Shown here: positions 22,629-35,692 of the stretch, piece by piece | How positions within the stretch are numbered: position 1 is the first letter of the stretch | Layout of the letters: every line of letters begins with the position of its first letter | NCBI GenBank assembly: GCA_964187785.1 | Contig: OZ076409.1 | Coordinates: 33,544,001-33,608,000 of the forward strand | From: Amphiscolops sp. MND2022 | Taxonomy: Eukaryota | Length of the DNA: 64,000 bases | Reading direction: 5' to 3' | Notes under the pieces: model-generated | Databases searched by the model: none | What the model saw: only the letters and a program-made list of their open reading frames with translations | Told to the model about the DNA's origin: nothing | Position numbers and translations under genes: made by a program

Positions 22629-23156
22629 AAAACAAGACGAGAACGTCCCAAGTCGGCACCATATCTTAGGCTCAAAAATATTCGAGGAACAACTATTGGA
22701 AAAATTTTGAATTGGAAATTTTTTTTGAATTTTTTTTTCGAAAAAAAAGTATTTTTAAGTCGCACAATGCCGAAAAACTCAAAAAGAGTCCATTCAGGCT
22801 CATTCAACGTTTTCTACAAACTGAAAACTTCAAAAAAATGCAAGGGGGTACCCTTTGATAAATTTCGAAAATTTTCGAAAAAAGTCGCATAGTGCCGAAA
22901 AAAACCCAAAGGGGGGGTACCCTTTGGTCTCACCTGTACTTTTGGAAGCATTAAAAAATTTATGAATTAGTGCGAGAATCGAACCCACGCTCTCCGGCTG
23001 GGTCGAAGATGGAAGATGAACAAATATGAAAGATGAACAAATTGTAAGAAAAGTGGACCACTCAGAGTAAGATTGTAAACTGAAAAAAAAACAAAAAAAA
23101 CTACTCACTGTAAGAGTCGGGCTTTTTTCCTTAAGGGCAAAGACGCCGACCAAAAA
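22629..23156. mobile_element. Helentron-type element family 2, duplicate copy
   Basis: Same termini as 19132-19658. Confidence 0.6.
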
Positions 23157-23199
23157 CAATAAGAAGAAATAATTGATTTTTAAAGTCCGTTTGAAACCT

Positions 23200-23420
23200 G
23201 TAATTCAAAGATCGGATGTAACATTTCGAAAGGTCGGATATAACGTTTCCAAAGTTCATAAATAGCGTTTCTAAAATTCGGATATATTGTTTTCAAACTT
23301 CGGTTTTAACGTTTTCAAAATTCCTAAATAACGTTTTCAGAGTTCGGATATAACAATTTCTAATATCAGATGTAACCTTTTCAAATATCGGGTGTAACAT
23401 TTCGAAAGGTCGGATATTTT
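23200..23420. repeat. Degenerate ~22-bp tandem repeat (TCGGATATAACGTTTTCAAA-like); partial copy at about 19700-19781
   Basis: Read directly; the duplication breakpoint falls in this array. Confidence 0.7.
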
Positions 23421-23505
23421 CATTAATACAAAAGCGTCCCCCGTTGGATTTTTTGGCGCAACCACGATTTAACGCAAACTGAATAAATATAAAGATTTCT
23501 GGATA

Positions 23506-23675
23506 CAGTAGGGGGTGTTTATAACGGAGTGCTTTATAACGACGAGCGTTCATAACGACCATTTTCCAACTTCCTGTCCAATAGCAAATGCTCGTAACGA
23601 AAATCTTATAACGGCAGTTTTATAGCGACAATAAAATCAACTGCCCCTCAGGGTCGTTATAAAAGCCCCCTACTG
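23506..23675. mobile_element. 170-bp Tc1/mariner/pogo-type MITE
   Basis: TIRs CAGTAGGGGGTGTTTATAACG and CGTTATAAAAGCCCCCTACTG, flanked by TA on both sides (23504-23505, 23676-23677). Confidence 0.88.
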
Positions 23676-24238
23676 TACATGTGTATAAGTATACCGGTAT
23701 CCATATCTGTTATGGGATCTTGAGAAATTTGCCCCAAGTTTGAAAAGTGGGCACATATCAGAAAATCTGCGAAAAAAAAACGTAGACCATATGGGCATCT
23801 CGCAAAGCTCGAAGCCTCAAAAACTTGTGGAAGGTTTTCAGTCCCAAGGCCAATGAACTGGCCACCAATGAGCTGGTGGAGTGTCCGCTTACCTTTCGGA
23901 TGGCGTTAGACAAAATGCATTGTTAAGTGAATACAATTTGAGCCTTGTGACACTGACAGGGCAACCAACGGGGGCTTGTGCATGAAAAAAGCCCCATTCT
24001 CAATAATACATCAAATGAATGAGCGACAAAAACCGTGTAGATGTCTCTCGAAATATCTAAAACTTCAGCACTGGAATAAAATGAAACCCCACTTTGCGGG
24101 CAGGTATGAAACAACAAATTTAGAACAGTTACAATGTCTACATTGTAACACTGAAGGGAATAAGGAAAATTTCAGGACGAGAATAAGATCTAAAAGAAAT
24201 AAGATATAAAATCAATGAAAACAATAAAGACAATGCAT

Positions 24239-24438
24239 NNNNNNNNNNNNNNNNNNNNNNNNNNNNNNNNNNNNNNNNNNNNNNNNNNNNNNNNNNNNNN
24301 NNNNNNNNNNNNNNNNNNNNNNNNNNNNNNNNNNNNNNNNNNNNNNNNNNNNNNNNNNNNNNNNNNNNNNNNNNNNNNNNNNNNNNNNNNNNNNNNNNNN
24401 NNNNNNNNNNNNNNNNNNNNNNNNNNNNNNNNNNNNNN
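24239..24438. other. Assembly gap (200 N)
   Basis: Run of N; true distance and adjacency unknown. Confidence 0.99.
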
Positions 24439-24719
24439 CGGAAGAAACGATCATAATGGTGAAAACCACTTCTCTTAAAACCTAGTAGAAGTGGAAATAA
24501 TTTTTGAAAATTTCGCATGATTTCATTGATTTTTGGTGCAATTAAATTCACTTCAGTGCTCAAACTTTCTCGTTTCTTTGAAAGTCAGTATTTACATCTA
24601 CCTTCAGTCTGAAAATCAATATTTACATCTACCTTCCCAACTGATTAGCAGTCTGAAAGAATTTCGTTTGAAAATCAATATTTACACCTACAGAGTGAAA
24701 TTCACAAATATTTAGCAGT

Positions 24720-25320
24720 CTAAAAGAACTTCAGCTTTATTCTAAAACATAGTTAGTAGAATTATTGCTCAAGTTCGCCAAAAGCGACCCGAATTCAGCG
24801 CGCTTTGCGTCCTTGCGTCTGGTGTCAAGTACGATCATGTACAATACTCAAGGGCAACAATTTCAACATACGTATTGAACATTCCATCTAAGCACGTGCC
24901 TACACGCGTATCTCAGTGGTCATTTGACGGTATTACTTTACAAATTTCGTGTAAACAAATCATCATCAATGCGGTCTAAAAGGCCTTGTTCAGTCAAAAG
25001 GCCTAATCCGGCAATTACATCAAAGAATAATAAAAGCACAAACAATGTTTGGCTCTGATTGGTTAGTGAGGCGTACTCAAGTCACGTCGCTGGAACAGTG
25101 CTCTAGTTCATTTGAACACGTTTCCGTATTGTTACCCAATTGCTTCTATTTCACAAATTACAGTTTACTACAATGTTATCTAACAACTTCATCTTCTGAC
25201 TCGAACATTTCAGTTCATAATGTTAACAGACTAACTTGTACGTAACAAATATTAACATCAAACAGTATCAAATCAAGAGTATAAAAGTTTCAGTTTAAGT
25301 ACCCGCTAGGTCTCTAGTTT
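24720..25320 (-). mobile_element. Relic LTR of a family related to element B, reverse orientation (boundaries approximate)
   Basis: Reverse complement of about 25050-25130 (ACGGAAACGTGTTCAAATGA...ACGTGACTTGAGTACG...CCAATC) matches LTR B at about 37600-37672. Confidence 0.5.
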
Positions 25321-25334
25321 AATAGATTGGTAGC

Positions 25335-27003
25335 TGTCGCAGGCTGCCGCCTGTGGAGGATTCTATTATCAAATACCGGCAGGAAACAATGCACCTAACC
25401 CTCATCCGGGGTGATTGCCAATTTGAACTATAAAGACCAGCGGGACGAGCGACTATACATAATCTAACCCCTGGGAGGAAAAGAGCGAATTTTACCACTG
25501 GTAACCCAAGGTCGACACGGCTACGGTAAACTTTCAAGCTAAAACATTATTATGTAATTATTAAAGATCATCATCTTACTATTTAGTGTTTTAACTGTTC
25601 ATTGTTTCTGTTACTTGGTATTTATCAATTGACTAGTAAAGTAGGTGATAATTTGGATAGTTTCAACAATGTAAATTAATACGATTTGTTAGTTGAATTG
25701 ACAAGCAATTGTACGCAGTAAAGAAAACGAGTTCAATTACTTGTTTCCTTTAACTAATTGTACGCGCTGTCCAGCTCAGTAGCAGCCAATCACAGAGCAG
25801 TACTATATTGATTTTATCCGCGCGGACCTTGAGTCCGCCAGGACAATAACTATATGTGCTAGCATTGACGTTAGTGGACTGTAGCTGTGCGGACTCTAAG
25901 TCCGCCATGGTGTTATTTGTGCAATAAGTTGTTTGTCATCATGTTTATTTATCTTTTAAGAGTTATAATATTTGGATAAACATGTAAATAGTAACTTGAC
26001 GCATATTACAACCAGAGGTATAACCTAAAACCAATCCCCCCACTATGCTTCGATGCTTTTAATAAACAATCGCTTCGTGATGTAACTATGATGTCATTAC
26101 TCAGGGTTATTGTTAGAATACCTAAGAATAACAATTTTTAACATCATGACTAGATAAATTCTGCGTGTCATGCAATGTAAACTATATATAGCAAGGACGC
26201 TCAGTCCTAATGAAGAATCATCACCTCACTACAAAACAACAAACTTGCTATTTTGAAATCCATACGAACCTACCCTGATTTAATTTGTACCACTAGTTCA
26301 ATCATTATACCTGGTTTTATCAATTCGTTCCACAATTCAATGTGAAACCAGTTGATTCTCTAAATGCCTTCAACTAGAAAGCAAAGAGCTAAAGAGAGGG
26401 GCGTTCTAGGCAAATGGACATGATGTCCGATGTGGAAATTTTGATATAATGCTAGGGAGGTATTCAAGAGATGATGAAAAGAATGACCACAGTGAAAATG
26501 AACTAAATCCGGACTCAGAGTCCAGTAGGCCACAGCAAAGTTCATCCTTGGTAGGAGAGGATTTCAGATCACTGCTCAAAACAATTAGTACAGAAAATAG
26601 TGATGTGACAATAGAGACAACTAGGATGATTAGCGAAAAGATTTTTAACCAAATGTCCATGAAACTCAAAGAGATCAAATCTAGCTTAAGTTTTCAGAGA
26701 CAAAAGGCAATTATCACCGCAAAAGTCGAGAAAGTTCTTCCTTCTATCCAAAATACGTTAGATACGCAGAGGACAACTTATTTCACCGTGGTGGACTGGG
26801 GGTCCTGTGGGCTACTACAGAGCCCAAAAGCGACTAATTTCACCACAGTGGACCGAAGGTCCAGTGGGCTACAACCCCGAAGTTGAAAATACCCAAAAAA
26901 CGTAAAAAAAATTGCCTCAAAACGTGTTTTACGGAGGCAAATTGTAGACGTATGTCTGGAGAGAGTTCAGTAGACACTTATACCGGTGAACAACACCGGG
27001 ACA
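25335..27003 (+). repeat. 5' LTR of element A (1669 bp)
   Basis: TGTCGC...GGGACA immediately followed by PBS TGGTGACAGGAG; TATA-like CTATATATAG at about 26183. Confidence 0.85.
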
Positions 27004-30000
27004 TGGTGACAGGAGCCAACCCTACCCCATATATGGTTCCTGAGTTTCTCACTGGACTGCCTATGCAATACCGTGAACCCTGCAACGCCAAGATTCCGTC
27101 AATGACAAGTCTCAGGACATTGTCCTTCCGGTCCCTGAGACTACAAACCCAAATACCCCGTCAGACCCCATTAACCGTCTTGCTGAAGTATTAGTCGGCA
27201 TGAATATCCGTCAATCAGCGCAATCCCTGATGGTACGCCCAGTCAGCACGACTACACTGACGTTTGACGGCATTTCGGAGAAACTCGAACTTTTCGAAGA
27301 TATCTTCCACATAATGATCCAAATGCAGCCTGAAATGACTGAAGCAAGAAAAATAAACATTTTCCATTCATAGCTACGACAGCTACGCAAAAATGGACTC
27401 CTAAAACGGCAAACAGGCACACATTGGAAGACATACTGGCCGTATTTCGCAGGAAATACGTTAAACCTGAGTCAACACAGGCGACCGCCAACCACAAATG
27501 GCACAGACTGGTGTTTGACCCAAACACCATGAAACTGCCCGATTTCTTTGGCGAGAACGTCCAGGCAATTCTAGATAGCGTCCTCTATGCCAAACTGCCG
27601 CCAAAATTGAAACGTTCAGTCAATATGGCTAGATCCGAAAATGCCACTTATGAGGAAATAGTCGCCCACTTAGAAAAAAAGTAGAATTGAACAGTCTTGA
27701 TGAGGGTGATGACATTCCTGTACCAACAATGTCAACGACCCCGACAACAACACGGCCGGGAACAGGAATCTTTTCCTCCGGCATCGACCCAGGAATAAAA
27801 AAACCCGGTAATGCAAAAAACGAATGTCGCAAACTGAAGCGAAAGGAAGAGCAAAAACAGAATGACGGCCAGTCTACCAAGAAAGAGTACGCGAAGTACA
27901 CGACTTCTGAAAAAAAACCACCCGGCGGAACGGTGTTGGAAATGCGCGGGAGCTCACCTCAAGCACACAAACTTCAAACTCGAGGACTCCCTGATGGGGC
28001 GTCCACAAGCCAAAGTGACACTAACACCAAACAAACGACGTCAATCCTGAGAAATAGGTAGACAATAAATATCCGATTCTTCAACCATATATTATACTGA
28101 ATATTATAAAACGGAACGTTGCAACGAAACTTTGAAATATTATTCAACTCAGCAGCAGATGAAAACTACACCCATTCATTTCACCACTGTGGACCTCACG
28201 TCCAAATGACTACAACATGACACTTCCAGTATACGAACTTTACCTCTTGTAGATGACTTTAACCCCTATTACGCAGACCCTCACTATGGTTTTGACCCCC
28301 ACTGGGACGCTAAGTCATACAATCAATATCATCTATATATTTACAACAATTATAATAAACCAGATCAAAGCCAACATGGTCAACAACACACTGCTGTCAA
28401 CCAATCTCGACCTCAAATATAAACAAACGACGAATCCTCTTTTTTCCAATGTATTTCGGGGAACTAACCTTAGATGGTCTTGTAGACACGAAGCACTATC
28501 TAGTGCGATCCCAGAAGCCATTCTACGTAAAATCCGAATCTTAGCCTCTCAGTCTTTTATAAAAGAGGGCCCGGGGCCCAACTTCCAAAGCATGGTTGCT
28601 AATGGGCCGCTGAAAACTCCGAAGTGCACAGTCGAGCTGAATTTGAAGTTGGCGACATAGATTTCCACGAAATATTTATCGCCATAGAAAAACTTACTAG
28701 CCCATTATTTGGCCTTTCATCCTTTCAACGGAATAATACCATTTTGGATATGAGACAAGGTGTTTCAACTTTCCCCTTTTTCTCTATGCAGCTAAAAACG
28801 GCGGACCACAAATACACCAACGTCATGCAACCCATTTGAATTAGAGAGGACGTAACCAACTCACCTAATGGCCGACAACTGGTCCTAATGGCTTCACAAC
28901 TGTAAGAAGACCTTACAGTTACTGGAATTTTTCAACCGAGCAACACCCTTACATTTGATGGCGATATTGCTTATTGTGCTGCTCTAATCACTTTGACCAA
29001 TGGTCAAGTAGCAGTTCATCTGAACAATTTCACTGATAGCCCGTACACCCACAAAAGGGGCACACAGGTCGCTAATTTCACTGTCTTAACACCAGAACAG
29101 ATGCAATACGTCACATCTATATACCCGGTGACCACAAGGCACCTCTTACAGGGTAATCCTGAATCCTGAGAAAGCTGCTTACTAAGCAAGTAGCTTGATC
29201 AAATCTACGAAACATGAGAACTTCAAAGAAAACCACTGGTTTCCCACAACCTGCTCCAACCTGCTGAAATAGCTCGCATCGAGTACCTACTTGTCGAATT
29301 TCATGATGTATTCGCAAAACACCGGTTTAACATAGGCATGAACGAGGACTTCAAGGTCAAGTTGCCCCCGAAAGACAATTCCCCGGCCTCTAGCCAGAAC
29401 TTACCAATGCCAATCAAACTCGAGGAAAATATCCTTGTGGAACTAGCACTCCTACACCACTATGGGACAATTACAACACTCCCATTCTCCAAATACGCAA
29501 GGCCAATATTTGCCCAAAAGAAACTGAACGGCAAACTGCGACTCTTAGTCTATTTGAGTAAAGTCAACAACAAAATCTCGGATGAGTTGCATACAAAAAA
29601 TTGGCTTAGGACTTAGCCGAGCTCTTTCAGCTTTTTTCAGTTTTTCGCGCAAATATTTGCAGATCATCAAAGTCATCAAAGCAGATCAATGTGCCCAATA
29701 CGTTGATGATATTGGCATAGCTGCTAACGACGCCGAACCACTCATCAACGGAACGCCCGCTATGCACCGGAATATTTTCCGCCTCCAATTGGCTAACTAT
29801 TGACGCTTAATCAAAAATTACTCCTCCTTGGTAAAACGCGATTACTTCGGATATAACGTCAAAATTCGGATATAGCGCAATAGTTTCGAACCTCTGTCTA
29901 CTCCTTGGTAAAACGCAACTTACTTCGCATATAGCGTGCTGGTAGAAATAGGAGAAGTAACTCAATGTGAGCATTTATGTGGGCGGAAAAAACAACTTTA

Positions 30001-31821
30001 GGGCCACATTTCAAAGCATTCAGAACGCCGGTCTGAAACGTACAATGCATCAATTATATTTTGGTTCAACGGAGATTGATTTTCTGGGTGGTACCATCAC
30101 TCCTGGTTAAGTGAAGCCGCAGAGACTTCGAGTCCAAAATTTCCTAGAAAATACGAACATTCCGAGGGCAAGAAAGCACTCCAACGTTACTTGGGATTCC
30201 TAAACTACAACCGAAACTCTATCCCGAGGTTCTCAGGAAATCTACTACGGTTTTTCAAACTGTTATATGAGACGAAAAATCCTAGTTACACCGGATCTGA
30301 TGGAAAAATTCACCGCAATCAATAAGGCTCTTGTTCGATGTTGTGAACTGGCACTCAAACAACCCCTACCGAACAAGCAATTAGCACATATCACCGACGC
30401 TAGCTTCTCGGCCGCAGGGTACGCAGTTCTCATCGAAGAAATAAACATCAATGAGGAAAGCTTTTGCCCCAGTAGCTTATGGATCCAAGACCTTTAGTCC
30501 TACCCAATTGAAAATGTCCATCTACGCGAAAGATTGTTTGGCAATATTCTTTGCTTTTAAGGAATTTGGACTTATTTTGGGGAACCCCGAAACCGGTGAT
30601 TATACTTACAGACAACAAATCCGTCACACGATTTTTTCAGACGAAAATCATTCCCTCGACACTCTGGAATGCACGTGACTTTGTTATCCAGTTCAATTTC
30701 ACAATTTCGCATATCCCAAGCAAAAACAATACAACCGCTGATTACCTACCTCGTCTAGAAATCTCTCCAAACAAAAAACTGATCCTTGGAATTAGGGAAG
30801 ACATCACTTGAACTCCGATCGAACTACACGTTCCATCAGCGGGAGTCTCAGAAGAGGAACAAAACATTTACACGGAGGACGAAGATGAGACGAAAGACCA
30901 AATATCACAACGCAAAAAGCATGCTCGGGCCCACCCAACGAACCAAATACCAGATATTTCATTCGAAAAGTTTACCACACACAAAAGGAATTACCAGCAT
31001 CTTTCATCATTTCAAAAACTTTCAAATACGATCTCTGTAGCTGTAGAGCAGAACAACGACCCCATTCTGCGACAGCTACGACCTAAATATTGAAACAAGG
31101 CCACTCAGAGACCATTGTATTGCAAGAAAATCGATACCAGCTTTACTGTCGCCACTTCGACCGACTGCCCATTACGGATGAAATTATCACAAGACAGTAT
31201 TTCGACAAAACAGGCTCTTTAAAATACAAACAGGTGCTTCTACGACAACACCTAGTAACAGAACTGCTCGAATCACTACACGGAAAGGCTAATAAACGCC
31301 CAGGAATCTCCAAGAAGCTCAAAAAAAACCGACAAAAATCTTGCTACCCTGGCATAGCAAAAATCGTTGAAAATTGTGTTCAAGGATGTGAAACTGCATA
31401 AAAGACAAAAAAATTCCGAACGCATCTGTCACGCTTGAACTGTTTCATCTGCCGGAATGGGACCTTGGCCCAGAGGACGCAATGCAAATTGACCTGTTAC
31501 CAATCTTACCCCCAAGTGGAGGATATGAAAACCTCATTACCGCTATGGATGTGTTTTCAAGATATCTTTTTGCCTACCCAGTAGCCGACGCATAGGCCAC
31601 AAATCCGGCGAAAGTTATCATTGATGTAATGACCAAGCATACCTACTGGCCCTACGCTTTGATCATCGATAAGGAACAGCCTTTACGTCAAAATTGATAG
31701 CTGATATTGCTCAAACTCTGGGAATTCAAATAAAATGCGCAACTACAAAACATCCACAAACAATTGGTAAACTAGAGCGTACTCACGCTAGTCTCAAAAC
31801 AAATCTTAAAATGGCCTCAGG
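26364..31821 (+). pseudogene. gag-pol of element A (many stops and frameshifts; integrase 3' end deleted)
   Basis: MPSTRKQ start, CCHC remnants, LVDT protease, RT QYVDD, RNase H TDASFSAAGY and TDNK, integrase MQIDLLP and GKLER. Confidence 0.9.
27004..27015 (+). promoter_or_regulatory. Primer-binding site TGGTGACAGGAG of element A
   Basis: Starts with TGG directly after the LTR CA; identical 12-mer in element B; 11/12 match to the tRNA-Leu(CAG)-type PBS TGGTGTCAGGAG. Confidence 0.75.
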
Positions 31822-33729
31822 GGGTCAGGAATTGACATCGAAAATCCCTAAAAGGGAATACTGGGAATACTTACAGTGAGGCGTTCCTTCATTTAATTGA
31901 AATCTGGGAAGAGAGACTGATGGTTCACAGCGACAGCAATGTCCCGCTAGAAATTCCGAAAAACGTCGATGTCTCCCTACGAAGGCAAGAACCGCCCTAA
32001 CACTGAAAATTGGACTCGGCCCTGATTCTCTGATGAGCAAGACATGTGTTCGGCTCCAGCCATGTACTCGTCGTAGAATGGGAGCTTTTCACCAATGCCA
32101 ATTAACTCCACATCCTCGGATTTTGGCAGTTCACGGGCCAATTGATAGGGGGTAAGGAGCTTGCCGTCTCTGCCGCAGACTTGAGGGACACGGGGTTTTG
32201 TGTGAGGGTCCATCCTATACAGATATTCGTATCTCCAGCGATGGTCCTTCCTCAAATGTTTTTCTGTAGAGTGGTGTCGAAGTATCTCTCGGGCCCCTTT
32301 GGAATAAACAGAAAAGATTGCCTTGCAGATCTAGCAGTAAAACTTATACTGGTTCCATTTGGGATCTACAGGGCCAGAAACGAAGATTCGAGGATCTACA
32401 CTTCATGCCTCTGAAGAAGGCCTCCTTCATGACAAGTTTTAGACATCTTTCTGCGCGTACCAGAACCTCTAGTTGATAAAGTCTTGAATTGTCCTTTTGG
32501 GTTTCTTACTCGCTATTGGCGATCTTGCACAGCTTCTTGCTTCATGGCTGTTACTGTTTGTGATCCGGGGCTGTCCGCACTGAAGGCACCGTAGGGTAAC
32601 CCGGGGTCCATTCGATTACAGGTGGGATTGCACGAAGGCTGTGGTGGATCTGTTAAAACACCTGGGTTCGAGTATTCATACGAATAACCAAGGCTTCCAA
32701 CGTCATCGTCGCTTCTTATAGCGCCACTAACCTCACTGCTGCCACCAAAGGATGAATCTTGATACCAGCCTCCACTTGTGACTACGGAAGACCCTCTCCT
32801 CGTAGAACCCTTCTTGTTGGATTTATTCCCAACTGGTTCAGTAGCCAACGACAGACGGCTGGCACGATAGATCAAACTCTCAAGCATCTCATACGATGCT
32901 TGGGCTGTTTCATCTGCCACAACTCGTAACACAGTGGAAATTTGGCCCTCTGTAAAACGGGTGTCCAGGTGGCAGTCGGAAGACCTCGCTGGCTGCAAAA
33001 TACTTCCTAATTAGACCGCGACTTCGGCCACCTAAAGGAATATTCCTTGGTCCAGAAGGGGGGTTTACAAGTGTGTCCACACTTGAGTTGTCACTTGTTT
33101 CAAGAAGCAGACAGTGGGTAGTAGGGTTCAAAGCATCCGCTAGGCTTGCACCGACATACTGCCCAAATTCAGAATCAGAGACGTGCCAGACTTCAAAATT
33201 ATAATTATCAAATGGAGGTAGAATATTTACTTGATTGTCTTGCCATCTTAGATCTTCTTGCCTACGTTCGGGATCCTCAGGGAACGCTTGGACACGTAAA
33301 ACAGCCCCGGCAGATGGACTGCTGAGTTGGGATACACTTCGGGGACGCTTGGCTGAAGAACCCACGCGTTCAAGCTCAGGGTTGTTCAGGGCTTCTTTCG
33401 GTGTGTCAAGAAAGACAACTACAGGGTGGCTACACCCTTGCAGACGATTCTAACCATACTGCTGAATGCTGGGAGTGAGCATGATAGGTTCACTAATGCT
33501 TTCCCGTTGGGCCAGTTCATTTACCTCTGAAAACTGATTGGCGACCGCCTCCTCCATCTGGCTCTTTTTGCACGTGTTATACGTGTCACAGCTCTCAATA
33601 AAACTACTGTTTGGACTAGTTCAGTCGCCATTTCAGTATCTGCAGGCGCTTGTGTGGGTTGATCTTTCTTTTCTCTGCATAAATGGAAAAAACAAATTTA
33701 CGCGGTTCACTTTCTGAATATGAATCCAT
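31822..33729 (-). pseudogene. Antisense passenger gene of element A (BED-type Zn finger, hAT-transposase-like), 3' part deleted
   Basis: FISGPVDPKWNQYKFYC*ICKAIFSVYSKGAREILRHHSTEKHLRKDHRWRYEYL...GEKLPFYDEY, homologous to the element B gene; splice donor GTAAGT at 31874. Confidence 0.75.
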
Positions 33730-34862
33730 TTTGCCGCACTTTAAAATCTTCCGGAAGTTCATTATGGAAACATTTCACGATGGAGGAAGTAACTTTCGTT
33801 GGAGTTATACCCTGATCATGTTTGTGCTCAGACAAAATTCAAAAAGAACCAACCTGATGCTGTTTCCATATCGAACAGGCAGAATTTAATACACAACGCC
33901 GAGTCTGCCTTCTGATTATCACGAGAATATCCTCTTTGAACTGATGCTGGTCTGAGAGGTTGCAGCTGATTAGGATGTAGACGGCAAGACTGAAGTTCCA
34001 ACGTGGATAATTCAGAAGGAACTTTAGTTTACAATAAAATACAATCAAAATCGGAAATCGATACCTAAAGAATGCGAGGGGATACTAATTTGTCCTAGGG
34101 TCGGTTAGACAAAACCGTACCACAAACAAAGATTTTACTTTATGGTTCAGATCACTTTTTTATAAGAACGCTAGTCGATTTTCCCACACCAGACTAGACT
34201 GTTGACTAACCTAACACATCAAAACGTTTAAGTAAAATTACCCAAGCTGGATGTCGCGGCCGAGCATAATGACACTTGGTATCGACTATTTTGAATAATT
34301 TTAATATAATCTTTCATGTTTGTAGCCTGCCAGTAGCATACATGAAACTTGGCTTTATTTCGCTATTTAAGCGTTTCATCATGCCTATCATAGTGGCAAT
34401 TATTCAATTGTCACAATCTTATTCATTCTCTTTATGAATTTATTCATTTATCCATCGCAGTCATCTAATTAGACGCTGCATTGATTGTAGTCACATGGAC
34501 CGGTGGTCTTCGAAGGTCTTTTTCTTTACTGGAAGCTATTACAAGTCAACACGTTCATTGGTGATTATCAACTCACTACCTGTTGAACAAATAGAATAAG
34601 AGACACTTGAGGACCTATTTAGCAGAGTATCAACTCATTGAAGAAGTTTACCTGATATTAAAGAATACTTACAAGGGAAAGTTTGGTAAATTTTGAGGAG
34701 ACCTATGACTGTGTTCTCCCGCATAAAAACTTTCCGTGAAACCAGAGAAGACCCCGAGTCGGTGGAGCTAGAGCGAATCAATCTACCCATTTTTACCAAC
34801 ACAATCAAGTTGACTAAACAAAAATTGCGAAGAAACTTTTCTTATCACGCTTTCAAAACGAA

Positions 34863-35692
34863 ATGTCAATACAGATCGACGTAGAAACACTTATCCGCCT
34901 AGTCATTGCAATGTATGAGTCTTCGGATGAAGATATGGAGATCGACACGCAATCAACAACTGTGATCGTCCAAAGTCATGACGGGGACAGTGACGTAGAG
35001 TTAATAGCTTGCTACATAAAGATACCAGTGTTCCCCCCTCAATCAGTAGCGGGACAAGCGATGACTCTAGACTTTAACGCATGCAGAGAAGAACTGGTTA
35101 AGCCTTAGTATGGACCGTCAGGATCAATTGACTCCTCATGGGTAATTGTAGCCGGATAGAATCTATTCCTTACTCGCCTTTGTCACCCCCTTTAATTGAT
35201 CAGGGGCCTTCAACCAGAGCGAATTATGCACAGTGGTCCACGGAGCCAGAGGGCGAAGATGCGTGGATGACAAACCCGCACATAGCAGGATTGACAAAAA
35301 GTGCCAATGGAATCTGTGGCCAGTCAAATTACACTCAACACAGCGATTGCACCGTATGTGGAACATCATTCGCTACGATTCAGGAAGAAATTACCCTTGG
35401 GTATATGGAGAAGACACACGTGCCAGAAGAAATTAACGCCCAGATAATCCGCAGAAGAAATGCATTTCAAGCTGGCATGGGAGCAGGTATTTTCGTTTTA
35501 GTCCCAGGAGGAGTGTCGCAGGCTGCCGCCTGTGACGGAGTCTTTTATCAAATATCGGCAGGAAACAAAGCACCCAACCCCTCCCCCGGGGGTATTGCCA
35601 ATTTGAACTATAAAGTCCAGCAGACGAGCAGCTTTGGCAAGAAAGGAGCTAATTGTACCACGGGAGACAGAAAGTCGACACGACTAAAGTAA
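34863..35692 (+). pseudogene. Extra sense ORF of element A, running into the 3' LTR
   Basis: ORFs 34863-35108 and 35138-35692; CTVC motif; RRRNAFQAGMGAGIFVLVPGGVSQAAACDG shared with element B. Confidence 0.65.

Larger units (their letters stand above)
16295..23279. repeat. Tandem segmental duplication: 16295-19781 and 19788-23279, nearly identical
   Basis: Offset about 3493 bp; duplicated ORFs in the track (e.g. 17156-17428 and 20649-20921 identical); only scattered substitutions and indels. Confidence 0.95.

Noticed and set aside
24138..24563. ORFs spanning the N run
   Set aside because: Artefacts of the assembly gap.
34863..35692. env gene
   Set aside because: Short and acidic; no signal peptide, furin site/fusion peptide arrangement or C-terminal anchor recognised.
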